Shown: positions 12,746-27,058 of the stretch, piece by piece | How positions within the stretch are numbered: position 1 is the stretch's first letter | How the letters are laid out: each line of letters starts with the position of its first letter | Source: Kudoa neothunni | Lineage: Eukaryota; Animalia; Cnidaria | Assembly (NCBI GenBank): GCA_964304625.1 | Contig: OZ199840.1 | Span: 1,194,733 to 1,258,732, forward strand | Direction of reading: 5' to 3' | Length of the DNA: 64,000 nucleotides | Position numbers and translations under genes: made by a program | Notes under the pieces: generated by a model | Told to the model about the DNA's origin: nothing | What the model saw: only the letters and a program-made list of their open reading frames with translations | Databases searched by the model: none

Positions 12746-15700
12746 TTATTGTGTCTTGTTAATAACTGTAGCTGTATAGAAAAATGTTCTATGAGAATTT
12801 CTTAATATTCATAAGTTATTGTTTTTGCTGAATCTTTTTTTTTTCCATATTTGAATTGCAAGTTGCAAATAAAGACATGTACAGTGATTTATGGGTAGTG
12901 CGTAATCGAATGGGAAATCAAACCCACTATGCATGAGCCAAAATTACACACGGCACGTAACTTTGTGCATGCGAAATTAACAAAAATATAAAAAATTGGA
13001 TTTTATTTTGACCAACTAACGTACTTATTTAGTTTAATATTTGAATTATTTTATAATGTAACACGATTTAAAATTTGGAGATTCACTAAACAATGTGTTA
13101 TGCGAAATGTTAAATCTTTTTATTAAATCATAAATCAACCAATAGATACAGATGTTGATTTTGAAACATCATAAGGAATTCATTAGCTTTATTAATAGAG
13201 ACCTATTGAGAATCTTCTATCGTTTCGTCTCTCATCAGTTCAATTGACTCTCCCACTTGTGGACCAAAATCGATATTTTCTCCCTTTGCGAGTTTTTATT
13301 ATTTTTGAAGAGAACAATCATTATAATGTTAAAATAACCAGTCTATATAATAACAGTAGTATTCAAAGCAGATCTTATTTTTACATCCAAGATCTTCGTT
13401 GTTTCAAATTTAGCGTGTGATTTATTCGCTAATTTTTGAGAATACTTAACTATTTCAACTTTTGGGGTAGTGTTGAAATTTTCCTTTTGTGGAAGAAAAT
13501 TCATTATGCAAGACAGAAAATACATAAAATCTATGGATATTTAAATTTTTCTAATGTCAAATTATAGCAATACCTTACTTTTGTTACAAAGTTTATAGAA
13601 TATAAATTAAATTTTCTATATACTCATTCTTTTACGCTTTATTGCGATATTACTTACGACACATAATTGCACACGACAAAATAAGTCACTGCAGTTTAAG
13701 GTGTTAACATTAAGCTCCAAACATTCATTCGTTACCCAAATATTTCGATTAAAAATGGTTTGTGTTTAATGATAATTCAAAATTTGAATGTAATGGTAAG
13801 TTCAGAAACAGCGAATTACATAATTTCTTCGTGATTAAATCTTAGATATTGTAGTTTATATTATGCATATAAGATGGGATGTTTCACTTATGACCTTAAG
13901 AAACCGCAGACTCCCGATCCTTCCTCCCCATATGGAATCATCCGGAGTCATATGGTGTAATGAGAAGATGGAGGATAGGGGAGGACTCGACGTCAGGAGA
14001 ACAAAATCCAATATAATTGTATAAAAATTAATATTGTTACCAGATCCTGGCCTATATGATGCCATAAATTAACCGAACGTTGAATATGTCGACAATCCTA
14101 CCACAAACGATACTTTGTCGGATTATCGTGTAGCAGCTAGTGGCTCAAAAAATTTAACCAAAAAGACGTTATTTTCTTACGAAAACTTTATCAATATTTT
14201 GTAGTAAAAATTAAATATGGAGTGATACGTTTTTATTCTAGTAAAAATATTTGATAAATTTTTTGAATAGTCCTTTCGCACATAACTTCGTGGAAATTTA
14301 ATCTCCGTATTGTTAACAACTTTTTCTCCTACTCTATCTAATTAATGTTTTATTAAAATACACCAAATTCTTCAATGTTTCTATTATCTGTTAGTTCAAA
14401 TAATTGAGAAATAAACAACAGAAAACTATTATGGAATGAGTAATAGGGCAAGATGTGACACTTAAATAAATAATAATTGAGATAGGATTAGCAGTAATCA
14501 AATTTTGAGTAAATTATGTTTTTGGTATAACTAAAAATTATTTTTAAACGTAAGCAGCTAGATTCAGAATTTTTGAGTAAAAAATGAAGTTAAATTATTA
14601 TTATACAATTGCATCTATAGCGTATAACTTGAAGTTATGTGTACAAGTACAAGTTGGGTGTTTGCGAGTTGTAATTCAATTATAAGATTTTTAGAGTAAA
14701 TTTCGATGTGTGAACTATTAACAGACTTTTTCCATTTTAAAGAATTTTTCTTACGACGATTATCTACATATTACAAAATTTTACTATTCTCATGAGTAAA
14801 AATGTTTATTTTTAGAGGATTACTTAATTCTCTAGCGGTAGAGGTGTTTTCATCTAAGTTGTTTATTACTGCATTAAAAGAAATAGATGTTGAATTAACG
14901 AAAGGAGATAAATTATATTTTCCTTGTTCTCTAATTTTTATTTCTCATTATTTTTGTGGGAACAAAATAATTGTAAATTAACGATTTAAAAAATTATTCC
15001 ATATTGATATTGGGGTGTGATGTGCCAAAACTTTTTCAATGAATTTTAATAAGTTTTATGAAATAATTTCTGAATTAATGTCAGCTTTTTGCGAGAGAAT
15101 AATGGATAAATATTTCCATCAATGAATTATGATAATTTTGATATGGCTGATTTAAGTCAAATTTAGTAAACGCTTGATGCCTGAAAACCTATAAGCGTGT
15201 AATTCTTGAAAAACATTTATTAACTTGTATTCGGAGATTTTAAATAATTGTGAGATTAAATTCGTTTCAAACTCAGTATAAATTATTATCAAAACCGTAC
15301 ATTTAGATATTTTGGTCCATCTCATAGTCTATGTGCTTGTCACAAAGATTTATCGTAATTATATTTGATAACAAAAGAATAATTATTTATTATTTCTATC
15401 TGGTATTTCAATGTTTTTCGATGGAAACTGTCTGAGTTACAAGGTAAGGATCTCTAACCCCTTCATGCCGAAATTTTTCGTTTGCGGTCTGAAGATAATG
15501 TATTACGGAAAATGGTTATTTATAACGATTTAAAAAGTTAAACTACTCAAAAAAATTTTCTTAGCTATTGCCATCCAATTACAGGAAAACCCGAAAATTA
15601 AATATGGGGCTACACGAGTTGCAGTTATGTTAATTTTAAGGACAGCGTATCACACCTAATCATGTTTCCGCAGACTCTTTCTTAGTCTATTTTGGAATTT

Positions 15701-16303
15701 AAAAAATAATTGAATTTTTAATTAAAAAATATTAACTTTTATGGCAACACAATTGAGATATCTACTAAATAACATATAATAATATCTGCTAGTTTTACTA
15801 AAAGAAAATGTGCGAATGTAGTTTAATCTGTTTTTTAATATCTAAAATAATTACTAACAGCTTGAATTCACAATTTAAAAGTATACTTTAATCAAAAATA
15901 GCTTAAAAAACAAATCGACGGAATATCTAAGGTAGGTATTATCTGGTCACGGTGTAGTCAAAATTATCCAATTTGTTATTCGGTAACACCAAAGTCATGA
16001 TAGATTTATTGAGATAAAGTTGCACTACATTCGAACAATCACGCGATAACTGTTGCAACTGCCTATTAAGAATTTATCAATTATGTAAATAAAATAAAAA
16101 TCTGAAAAAGAGATTTCTATGGAACTAAACAAAGACTCATTATTACATTCATTAAAATTAATGCATGAACAAAGAGAGCGATAAATGAATAAACAAATTC
16201 AAACTAACAAACATGTAAACTAATCACATAAATACTAAATTTACATAAAAATAGTGAAACTTTCAATTCACTTCAAAGAACGAATAAATATGCACATAAT
16301 TAT

Positions 16304-19300
16304 CTATGATTTGGTCTTCTTTAGGTGTTTTCTTTGTTTGATTTTCATTTTTTTGATGGCAAATAATGTAGGATTCGACACGGCTTCTAAGGCGGTTGCG
16401 GATCGTTTTCTATTCTTCTTATCGGTCAGTTGTTTTTCAGCGTTCTCTTGAAGTTCATTAAATAGAACATTACCGAAGCAACTCTTAAGTAATAGTGTCA
16501 CTTCTTCACAACACAAGCTCAACTCTTCTGATCCACTACTAGTCGTCTCTCTCTTTATAAAGTTGAACACCTTAAGTAGGAGACGCTCTGAAAAATATGG
16601 GGAATCCAATTTTCCGTGTTCTTTTCCATAAGAAACGACTGCGGCAACCCATTTTAACGCGTTCATGCGCTAAATCAAATAATTATTTATTCAGCGATAT
16701 CAGTATTACTTTTGCTATTGATTTATTGGAGTTTTGTTTCGAGGGTAGTTCGTTGTTAGCGTACGATAGCATCTTGAAGAAAGTAACTTCAATAAAATTG
16801 GACATGGTCAATTTCGGTTTTTCGCCAAATTCCAATGACAACAACGACGCATTGCTGGCCTTCGATTTATGATTATGACCGTTCAATGTGGATTCGCTAT
16901 GTTTACCGCACAAAAGGACAGTTCTACAGATAAAAATTAAGTTCTTTAGCGCAGATTCATCCTGTTGAGCAGTAGAAAGTGGCGATTTGAGTTGTTTAAG
17001 AAATGACTTGGATAATTTAACCAAATGGTCAAACGACGTTGGTGAATAAAGCATCTCAGTAGATTGAACTTTCTTAGTTGATTTCTTGCCAATAATTAAG
17101 GAATTAGCAAGCCGGTCAGGGGAACTCAAGTAGAAATTGAAACAAATAATCTCGTTGGCAACTTGTCTAGCCCATATGTGACTATGATTTAAACATCTGT
17201 CAATTATCTGTTTATAAATGGAGGTCAGAGTAGTTTGAACAGTTTTCCTAATAAAATCTGCATCTGTGGTTTTCAAAAGAACCTCAATCAAATGCAACAA
17301 TTTATATAGAGTGATATCGATTTCCGTTTGTTCAGATCTCACTGCAGCATCATCGGAGTCACACTGACATATCAGCATTTCAAGAGTCTCATTGGCGTGA
17401 TTAAAAACCGAGGAAATTCGGTTGTTAAATTCACCCTTTTCCACCTCCTTGAAAATAGTCATCAGCAAACAACCCATCTGAATAATGTTGTTTGGTTGAT
17501 TGTGGTTCAACCATAGAATAGCAATATGGAAAAGTTTGGAGCGCTGCTTGTTAGTGAGTTTGGAAAGTAGTAGAGATAGCGTTTCAGAGGCTTTTTCTCG
17601 GCAAACAATCGAATCATCATTTTTTAATAGCAATGAAAAATTAAGAAAAAGTTCATTGATATATGATTCCAAACAAGAGAGTTTCACAGTTTCGATGAGG
17701 AATTGCAACAGTTCCAATGATGAAACACGGCCACCCTCTTTTTCATAGCTCATATTACCAAGGTAATACTCAACAAACAACTTGAGTTGATTGGTGCTAT
17801 TGTAGTTGGTGAAAAAAAGTTTCACCATATTTCCACATTGGCATCTAACATTGTCCGATTCACAAACTACGGACAAAGTCTTAAGCTTGTCAACCAATGC
17901 ATAAAACTCGTCACATACAAACCCATTTCTCATTATGCATTTCAACACTGAAAACACTCCCATATTGACAGAGTTAGAGTCGGCAATACATCTTTCACAT
18001 TGTATAACCAGTATTCGAAACATATCTTTGGAAAGATGCTTTTCATAGTTGGCCACCAATATGGACATTACTTTAAACACGGCCATGGTCAGTTCTGTAT
18101 TAACAGCACTAAGGGCGCAACTGCTGTATTTGGTCATTATTTGAAAAACCAGTTCAATCACAACTTTAACTGTGGATGTCATCGAAGAAAGATCCAACCT
18201 TAACAAAAATCCCATCACATTAATACTCTTGAATAACACTTCTGTGGAGGATGACTTCAAACAACTTAAAGTCGGCTCTACCATAGCATCCAACAAACAT
18301 CGACTAATATTGGTACCACCAATGGCACGTTTTAGCACAAAAGTAAATGTGTGCAATACGAACATATCAATCACATAGTTGCTGTCAAACTGGGAAGTAG
18401 AAGTGAGTTCGGCTTTAGTCTGATCGTCAATCACTGCCGAGACCATTTCGGGAAGTACAAGTTTCGATGTGGTGGCCGCCACGTCGTCAACCATCTTATT
18501 TTTATTTTCAACTGCCACACCTACATTCTGCTTATACACATCTAATGCAAACTGTACCCATTCTTCGTTGCTAACTAAACTATTTTTGATGAACCCAGAC
18601 ACAGTCATCTCATAAATTTTATTCAATCTATTGATAGTGTGAATATTTTGCGCTTTTGCAATAGTGGTTTTAAAGGAGTTAACAAACTCAAAGAGGTGTT
18701 CTTTGGGAGTGATCGAACCCATAATAACTAAAGTGTCATAACTTTTGGAAACACAGCATTCCTTGAACTTTTGGGTGGTCAACAAATTAACTTGATCTGA
18801 CATCAACGTCGAGGAACTTTTTTTAGAGGAAAACAAATCGTCTCGAACCCATTTTAAAATTATTGAGATAGTTTTTGAATTCAGAAGTTCTTTACAGCCA
18901 ATGAAATTGGCCGATAAATGAAATAAAAGAAAGTGAACACTAAATTGAGCGACAGACTTTTGATAACCCTTATTAAGGAGGGAACTCATTTCGGTAACAA
19001 CCAATGGGAAGCACTCCGGCCCAACCACATCAATAAATTTCACAAAAACTTCTCTTGAAATATCTCGTAAATTTGAGTGTCTGCTCTTCAACAGGTTTAA
19101 CAGATGGAGAACTAAACCTCTCAGATGAATTTGCATCATGCGAGGTGGTAACGCCTTCAAGAATCGAGCAATCACAACTGCAAATGGAGCACGCACAACA
19201 CATTCGTTTATGTCGGCAAAACTCTCACTCACATGCTTTGTTTTACTGGTATAAGTTTGGATGAATAATTTGGAGAGAAGATCGGGTATCAACTTGGCCA

Positions 19301-22300
19301 CATCGTCAACATATATGTCACTCTCATTGGAAGTTGGTCCGACTTTAGCGGATTTAGTGGACGCCGAATTTGTATCAATTACATTAAAATGAAAATTTGT
19401 CAAGATAGCATCCAAAACTCTAAGATTGAATTTCTGAAGTTTGATTACAATTTTATCAGCAGTGTTTGCGCCAAATGCGTCATCCGAATTGTTCAGTTTT
19501 AAGGGTGACATGAAACGATGAATTAAATTGTTGTACCTAAAAAATAAAATTAAATAAATCACGTGAAAATAATTATCTATTTCTAAGTGACTCAAGAAAA
19601 AAAATATCATAAGGTGTTCAATCATCAATCATTCATTGGTAAATTTGTCTTAATTATTTAGATAATATTGCTACAAACAAGTGGCATTAAAGTATGGATC
19701 ATACATCAGACTGGTTTCAAATTTGTTGACTTGATCAAAAATTAGTCGTATAATTTTTATATTATCTATTAATCAAAATTTTCAAAAAAATAAATTTGTA
19801 AAGTCGTCAAAATTGAACAGACATGTCATCACGCGACTATGATTAGACTTAAGTATCAAAAGAAGCCATATTTGATTATGCCAAACTTATGTTGCATTGT
19901 AAACGGAAAGATGTGAATAAAAATTTTCTTTTATAGGATTAATATTTGAAACAATGGCTAATTTAATGGCTTGCATTCACAATTAATTACAACCAAAATT
20001 ACTTAATACATTTTATTGGACTATACAAATGAACATTGTGAAGTAAACAATTACAGTTAATTAGCAGGCGTACATGCCAATAAATCATGATAGTGAATAT
20101 GATAGCAATTAATAGTTGAGTGTGAGTAGGTAAAAATCGCACTCATCTCAAACAAGCAATGGTGTTTCTCGTGAAAATACTTAGAAACTAATTCATACTG
20201 TCAAATAATTTGACTAGATTTTAGCTAGGTAAGAAATTACAGATTATTAAAGATCTCCAACAAATTATGTATTAATTCAAGTTAATTAACTAAAGCGAGT
20301 AAGATTTGATTGCTTAATTAGAAAATTAGAAAGTGTTTTCTATTCAGCTAATCCAAAGATTTACAGCAGGCGAGAGAAGAGATTGATTGATTGATTAGTT
20401 AGTTAGTTAGTTAGTTAGTTAACTAAAAAACAACAGTACTTAAATGGAGTAAGAAAAAGCATTAAACAAAGATAAATAATTAAAATAAAATATGTAATCT
20501 TATTCCATAACCAAAGAAATTATTTATTATTATTTAATAAAATTAATTGTTACGAATTTATTCAATTAATACTAATTAATAGAGGCGGAAAATTTATTTA
20601 AATGGTTACAACCATTTTACTATAACACTCAATAAATTCAATTAACTTGAACAAATGGTGACATGAAATAAAGTCATTCGTGAAAAGCAAGCGCAGCTTA
20701 TTTACCTAATTACTAAATTGGTTGTATTGAAACGATCCGAATGATTTCCATTATTACAGAAAAAGAATCGATTTAAGTTTAACAATTATTAAATCTTTAG
20801 TACAATACACCACTAAGAAATTGTATTAAATGAAGCAATCAAATCGAACGAAATAATTAAGACACATTTAAAATTATCGTTAATTCATGAGAAAATTGGT
20901 TAAACAAATAATATGGATAGTTTAAATTAAAGCTGTTGCTTTTGACCATATAAAATTTAATCTTGAATATCATGTACGATTATGCTTGCGTCATTATTTG
21001 GCCATCTGATTTCATTGATAGATTACAGACGTAATTGATAGTTTTGAATCAGCTACACTTAATAATAATTAAGCCATCCTTAAAAATTAAAAGTGAGAAA
21101 TAATCAACTATATACAGTCAAATAATTATGATGACTGGATTTGCACCAACCTATGTTATAGTCATTTCCGACGGTTAATGGTTGATAGAAATGATCTAAT
21201 TTCAATAAGAAATAACGTCCATCAGTAGTAAAAGGTTAGATTAAATCAGAGTATGCAGGAATTAAAACAATTAAAAACTTAAATTTCCTATATAAGCAGT
21301 AATATTCAATATTAGAACACTTATTAATCCAATAAGCAATGATACTTTTTTTAATTAAAAAATTAATTTAATTCTCAAAATCAATAATAATAAATAATAG
21401 TGTTAATTAGCCTACTATGTAAAGACAATACTTCTAATTAAATAACTTAATATTTAAATAAGTTGAATAATTTAATTAAATATTTACATAAATACACAAG
21501 TTCAGTTGAGTGAATTAATTAAATTGAAACATAACCTTTAATTATGAAAATCTGTTCTATTGATTCTTAAAATTAACAAGAATGGAGTTAATTAGCCTAT
21601 TTTGTATACACAATGCAATTGAGATAATTACTTTTTCCATTTTAGACGTTTAGAAATCGCTCCAATTGAAACAATAGACTCGTCAAGGACCGCATGGTTT
21701 TTAGAAATGTGGTTGTTAGCGTCATAAATGAATCCAAACACCAACGGTAACAGTATCTTCTCAATAACAGTATCGGTAAGGGTAATCTCTTCATTAAGCA
21801 ACAATTTGGTGGTTAGTTGTGAGATTGCTCTTTGTCGTCGATGGGTCTGTATGTGAAATATGTTTCTGAAAAAATCAATTTCAATATCGCTACTGCATAA
21901 AGATTGCAGTGATTTGATACTGTCAGCAAATTCACATTGACACCAAAGCTCAATTAGATTACAGCTAATTGATCGATGCCTTTCATCAGCATGAATTAAA
22001 CCGTATGACACGTACTTGGTCAAAAGTCTGTTCAATAAGATGCTTATATCACGTGGCAAGACATCTTCACATTCGAATGTGCGCCAGATGGATTTAAACA
22101 CAGTGTCCAATGTGGACAAAGTTATATCTTTGAGGATTGGATTTGAAACAACATCACTGAGATTTTTAAGGACTTTGACAAAAATAATGAGGACGCATGC
22201 AGCACGTTCATTTTCATCAACGCATTCTAATCCAATAGAATCTTCCGATGCCAATTTTTGAACCAAATACATGCAGTTCTTTCTTACATCACTGTTAGGT

Positions 22301-25300
22301 GATTCACAATCCCCCATTGCATCAATGCTACTCATATCCTTCACAATATCAAAAACCACATTAGGCAGGTAGCCTTTCTGCATTAACGACTCAATCAATG
22401 AAATTTCATTCGAAACAGCCTTTAACGAATAAAACAAACCAACCAGTCGATAAATTAAATCATCCATTTTGTACTGGCAGGTTGAAAATGTTGCCATAGT
22501 AGAAAGTGCTTTTGGTGGCAAAAGTCCCATCACAGCGGTTACAGATTGAGATTCAAAAATTATTTTCTTACTATCGTTAGCGCTGTGTTTGTTGAAGCCT
22601 TTAGAGGAGGCTGCATTAACGTAATAATTCAATAATGTCAGCGATTCAACGCTTTCCACATTCACCAATCCTAACGACACAATTTCCAGTAACAAATTCA
22701 GTTCCACGTTTTCCAACAGTTTCCCATTATATTTGCCACTTTCATTGATAATTCCACTCAAGAACTTAACTACTGCCATAGAGATTAATTCAAGCGTGAC
22801 GATTCCACATGGAAACAAATCGTTGGCCGGGCCAATTTTTATTGTATTTTGGACAATAGTTGCCATGGTGATACGAGTTTTAATGGATATCCTCTCACAG
22901 GACCAAATAGACAGAACACCAGCGAGTACAGTTGTTGCAGAGTTGAAGAATAGGTCAGTGCCGGCGGATTTTGAATGGTTGTCAATTATTGGACAATTTA
23001 CCGCTAGATATCGAATGTACTGTGGGTGTTTGCACCAAATAGAAACCAGTTGAAGAAGATGAGTAGGTTCAAAAAATGAACCCGCCAACATTGACTCCAC
23101 CTAAATTATCAGTCATTTATTTACAAGATTCAAAAATATCGGTCTCACATTAGGCAGAATAAAAATATCTTTGATCAGGTTGTCATAACGACGATAATTA
23201 AAATCAGAGTAGTTGGAAAACAATTTGCACACAAGGCTGAAAGTATTTTTGCGGGTATTTTTTAATTTGGGTCGCTTAAACTTTGCACCGGCGTCGTAAT
23301 CATCATTGGCCGATAGCTGTTTGAGAAGGTAGTCGGTTTGGTCAATCACTAACGCACAACCTCCTAGCACCATCTCAACAGTTGATGGATCCAATTTGAA
23401 ATTATCGATCATTAAAACGCACGAATTAACAAAGATATTCATTAGATGGATAGGAACGAAATGGTTTGATTGTAAACATCGTAGATTGGTTGTTAATTGT
23501 CGGCTAATCGCTGGGCATTCCGCCAAAACGGGTGAGGGAATAAATATGCACTTTGTAGATGATGCCTGGTTTTCAACTATTTTCGTATTACTCTCAATAG
23601 GAAACATTGTCATCAGTACACATTTCAAGTAATGATCAATGCATGAGGTTGACGTTGACATTATCTGTGACTGTTGTTGGAAAACGAGTAGAGCTTCTCT
23701 TAATAACCCTTTTAGAAACAGAGCGTTGTTACCATGACGTTTGAATATTCCAATTAAAAGATTAACAATCACTGGATATGCGACGAGAACATCCTCGTAA
23801 GCAAATGGCGTAATAGGAAAATCACGCTCATCTTTATCAGAACATGGTTGGTGGTTAGTAACGGCAAACAAACTCAAAAATGTTTCCTTATACGATGAAA
23901 CATCACCCTTCAAGTGTAACCAGTAGCATACACTATCGAAATATGGTTTCAAGCATGTATAATGATTCAATTTGACGAGAACATGAAGGGCACATTTTTG
24001 AACCGCTACAGCCGGATACTTAATTAAATGCAGGATAAGCTGTTCAAAAGAAGCATTTGATTTTGAGTTGAGTTGGTTTAAATTTTCGGCGGATTCTTTC
24101 GACAACAGACATAGCAACGCATTCAATGACACCTCTTCAACTTTATCACTAATCTCACTAGGCGGTAGTGTATGAGGTGCATGTGGATTAGCACCTGATG
24201 AAAACCCCATTTTGCTTATGCATCTCACAAAAAAATCAATCAACCCAATCGACTTAGGGGTAGTTTTGATCACCATATCATCCAACACCATCCAAACATG
24301 CTTCAAAAAATTTAGTTGAAGATCTTTTGAAGAGTTTTTGTTGGCCACGTGTTGAGCATTATCGTCATGACGACACTGTTCCAAATCATTGTAAACCTCG
24401 GAACAGCTATCAATCTTATTGACGCATCTTCCAAAGCCATTAGGCGGACTTAAATTATCACCATAGCGAATGCACCAACCAACGTTACAACAATCTATTC
24501 GCATGTTGAACAGCATAGAATCACGCGCCAACGGCCATACATAATTGGAGGACAGCCGAGGATTTTCAGGACGATACCACTTCTTGCTCATTTCACCAAT
24601 TAATTCAAATGCGGGTCGCCATAACAGACTCATGTTTGTGTGGAAATGTGACAGCAAATAATACAACAACATCTCATGGCAGCCATGATTCACATATTGA
24701 ATAATTAGTTTTGAGATGATTGCATAGTGTTGACGGTAATTGGAGAAACCAACCTTACAAGTGTCTATTTGGCACAAGCTCTCCAAACAACCAATCAACT
24801 CGGGAGATTTTTGTTGAGCTGTGGCGAGCAGATGGGAAATTCGAAGACACATCCATTGTTCGTTTCCATAGAAATGCAGGAGGTTATATTTAATAAGTTG
24901 GAAAATGGCGTCAAAATCAAAAAATTCCACCAACAACCGATTCTCATAACACACACTAATAACAACAAATAAAGAAATGAGTGCGTATTGATTGTTGAGG
25001 CGGATGAAACGATCCAAATTGTGTGGATTAAAAGCTTTGTAAATAAATTCCAAATCGTTGTTATAGTTTTGATCGACATCTTCGTGAGAATTGTTATTTT
25101 TGGACAAATATTGAAGAATAAATACATCCAACAATAATACAGGAACATATGGTGCCAATGAGGAACATTGTTCCACATTGTCCTCGATTAGATTGTTGAA
25201 AAAACTGTTCAAATGAGTACAAAGGGATTCTTGAATATTTTGAATTGTCTCGGTAGGTAATTGTACGGCGATGTAAGGCAAACAAAACAAATAATCCAAA

Positions 25301-27058
25301 TAATCCGCGTCCAATGTACAATTAATAGACTTCTCTTCAACTGCGGGATAACCTATTATAATTGGGTCGTCTTTATTAATGAAATAGGTTGCTAAAGTGA
25401 ATGATTGTAGCGTGGCCATGGAGATTTTAATCCAATATTTCCGGCACTTTATATTGTTCAATAGGAAACAGTAATCAAACATAGGAACAATAGTGGAGTT
25501 TGTAGCATAGTTGTTATTGTAGATATTGAGTAGAGCAATTTTGGCGCAGGCGAATATGCTTTTCAAATTAGCATTAGTCAATTTATTGCCAACAACAATA
25601 CTATTAATAGCTGTTATCATGAATTCTCCGGAACAATTGGGAGAAATAAAATTGAAAAATTGAATAAGTTTCTCGATTGGGATAAAAGTGCACACTTTGG
25701 AGACAACTGAATTGAACCATTCCGCTTGTTTGGCGGGAAAACTGGAACTTTTCTTCAGAATAATTTGAAGCGCATTAATCAGATGGTCGAAATAAGCAAA
25801 ATAATCGTTGTTCTGTGAATTATCGACAATAATATCACCAATATTAAATTGTAACAAAAGCGCACCATCCTTGACTTTGACGTTTGCTGAAAACCCTCCA
25901 ATGATGTCCAAATAGAACGACAAAACATCGATATTATGTTGCGAAAGGTCGTTGGACCAATGGAGCAATATTCGAACAATTTCAATGGCGTTATTATTGG
26001 TTTTAGTGTAGAGTGCTAGGTTCGAAAGACAGATCACAAGACCAGCCCTCAATGTGTCAATTCGTGATTTGGAGCTCGCATCCTTTACACACATATCCCA
26101 GCAGTTATCCAAAATGTCTTTGTGCGATGAATGGAGATGTTTGGTTGAAAGCTTGCACAAGGTGGAAAGTAAAAGACCAAAACTTTGAGCAACCATATCC
26201 TCATCTAGTTGGACTGAGTTGTCTTCTACTAAAGTATCGGAATCTGTTGATAGCGAAAGGATTGAAAAGGGTTCTTTCATTTTTATTAATAACATTTTGA
26301 AGAGTTTCTTAACTTGGGAGCGGTCGCCGCAACTTTTAAGCAACTTCCGCACAGCAAATGTAGACGATTCGCAACAAAATCTAACCACATTTTCCATTTT
26401 GTCACTTTTCATACATCCATATTTCCAAAATACCATTTTATGCCATCTAAAAAATAAGTTAGTGTTATTAAAATAGGCGTCGTTATTGGATTATTGGTGG
26501 TTACAGCAGAAACAAGTCCACATTTTGAGTAAACGCAACCGAAAACATCCTGAAAATACTTGCAACAGCGGTGAACAACGACTCAATCACAACCACACTG
26601 TTACAGTCGATTGTGTGCAAAAAAACCGAAAACAATTTGGGTAGATGCTTCAACATTTCACTTTGAATGTCACAGGCGAATTGGACAACCAAATCCAACA
26701 ATGCTTGTTGTGGCTGTTCCTGAGTTGCGTTGCATAAAGCTTCAAGCAACAGTGATGCTATTTTCTGTTCGTTATACACCACACATGTATAATCTTTGGA
26801 AAGTTGAAGCAATTTGGAAGAGTATGAAGTGTAGTCCGCATTTGAGACACTACCACGCCAATATTCAAGTGCCTCTCGTAAAAAACTTTGATCTATGTTG
26901 TTATCTACAGTATCATCGAGATTGATTCTTCGTTGATTTGATTGGCCTGAACTAACCACAGCCGACGGTCTCAACCTTCCATTTACACTGATTTCTTTGA
27001 GTTTATCCGAAAAACTCACATATGCCAACTGATTGTCATCGTTGGCTACTGCTTTCAT
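16304..27058 (-). CDS. UTP20: Small subunit processome component 20 (about 2,840 aa HEAT-repeat protein)
   Basis: Exons 27058-26505, 26446-23149, 23100-21632, 19536-16710 and 16669-16304, all GT-AG and in frame. Motifs include SFSDKLKEI..FLREALEYWR, DFFRNIFHIQTHRRQRA, LKSRHSNLRDISRE and a basic C-terminus ALEAVSNPTLFAIKKMK. Confidence 0.93.
20381..20420. repeat. Compound tetranucleotide microsatellite (GATT)n(AGTT)n
   Basis: Read directly in UTP20 intron 3. Confidence 0.9.

Noticed and set aside
13856-14065. GC-richer patch with short frames, possibly a retroelement fragment
   Set aside because: No motif I can identify with confidence on either strand.
16254-26925. Numerous short ORFs overlapping UTP20
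   Set aside because: Antisense or alternative-frame shadows of the long coding exons.
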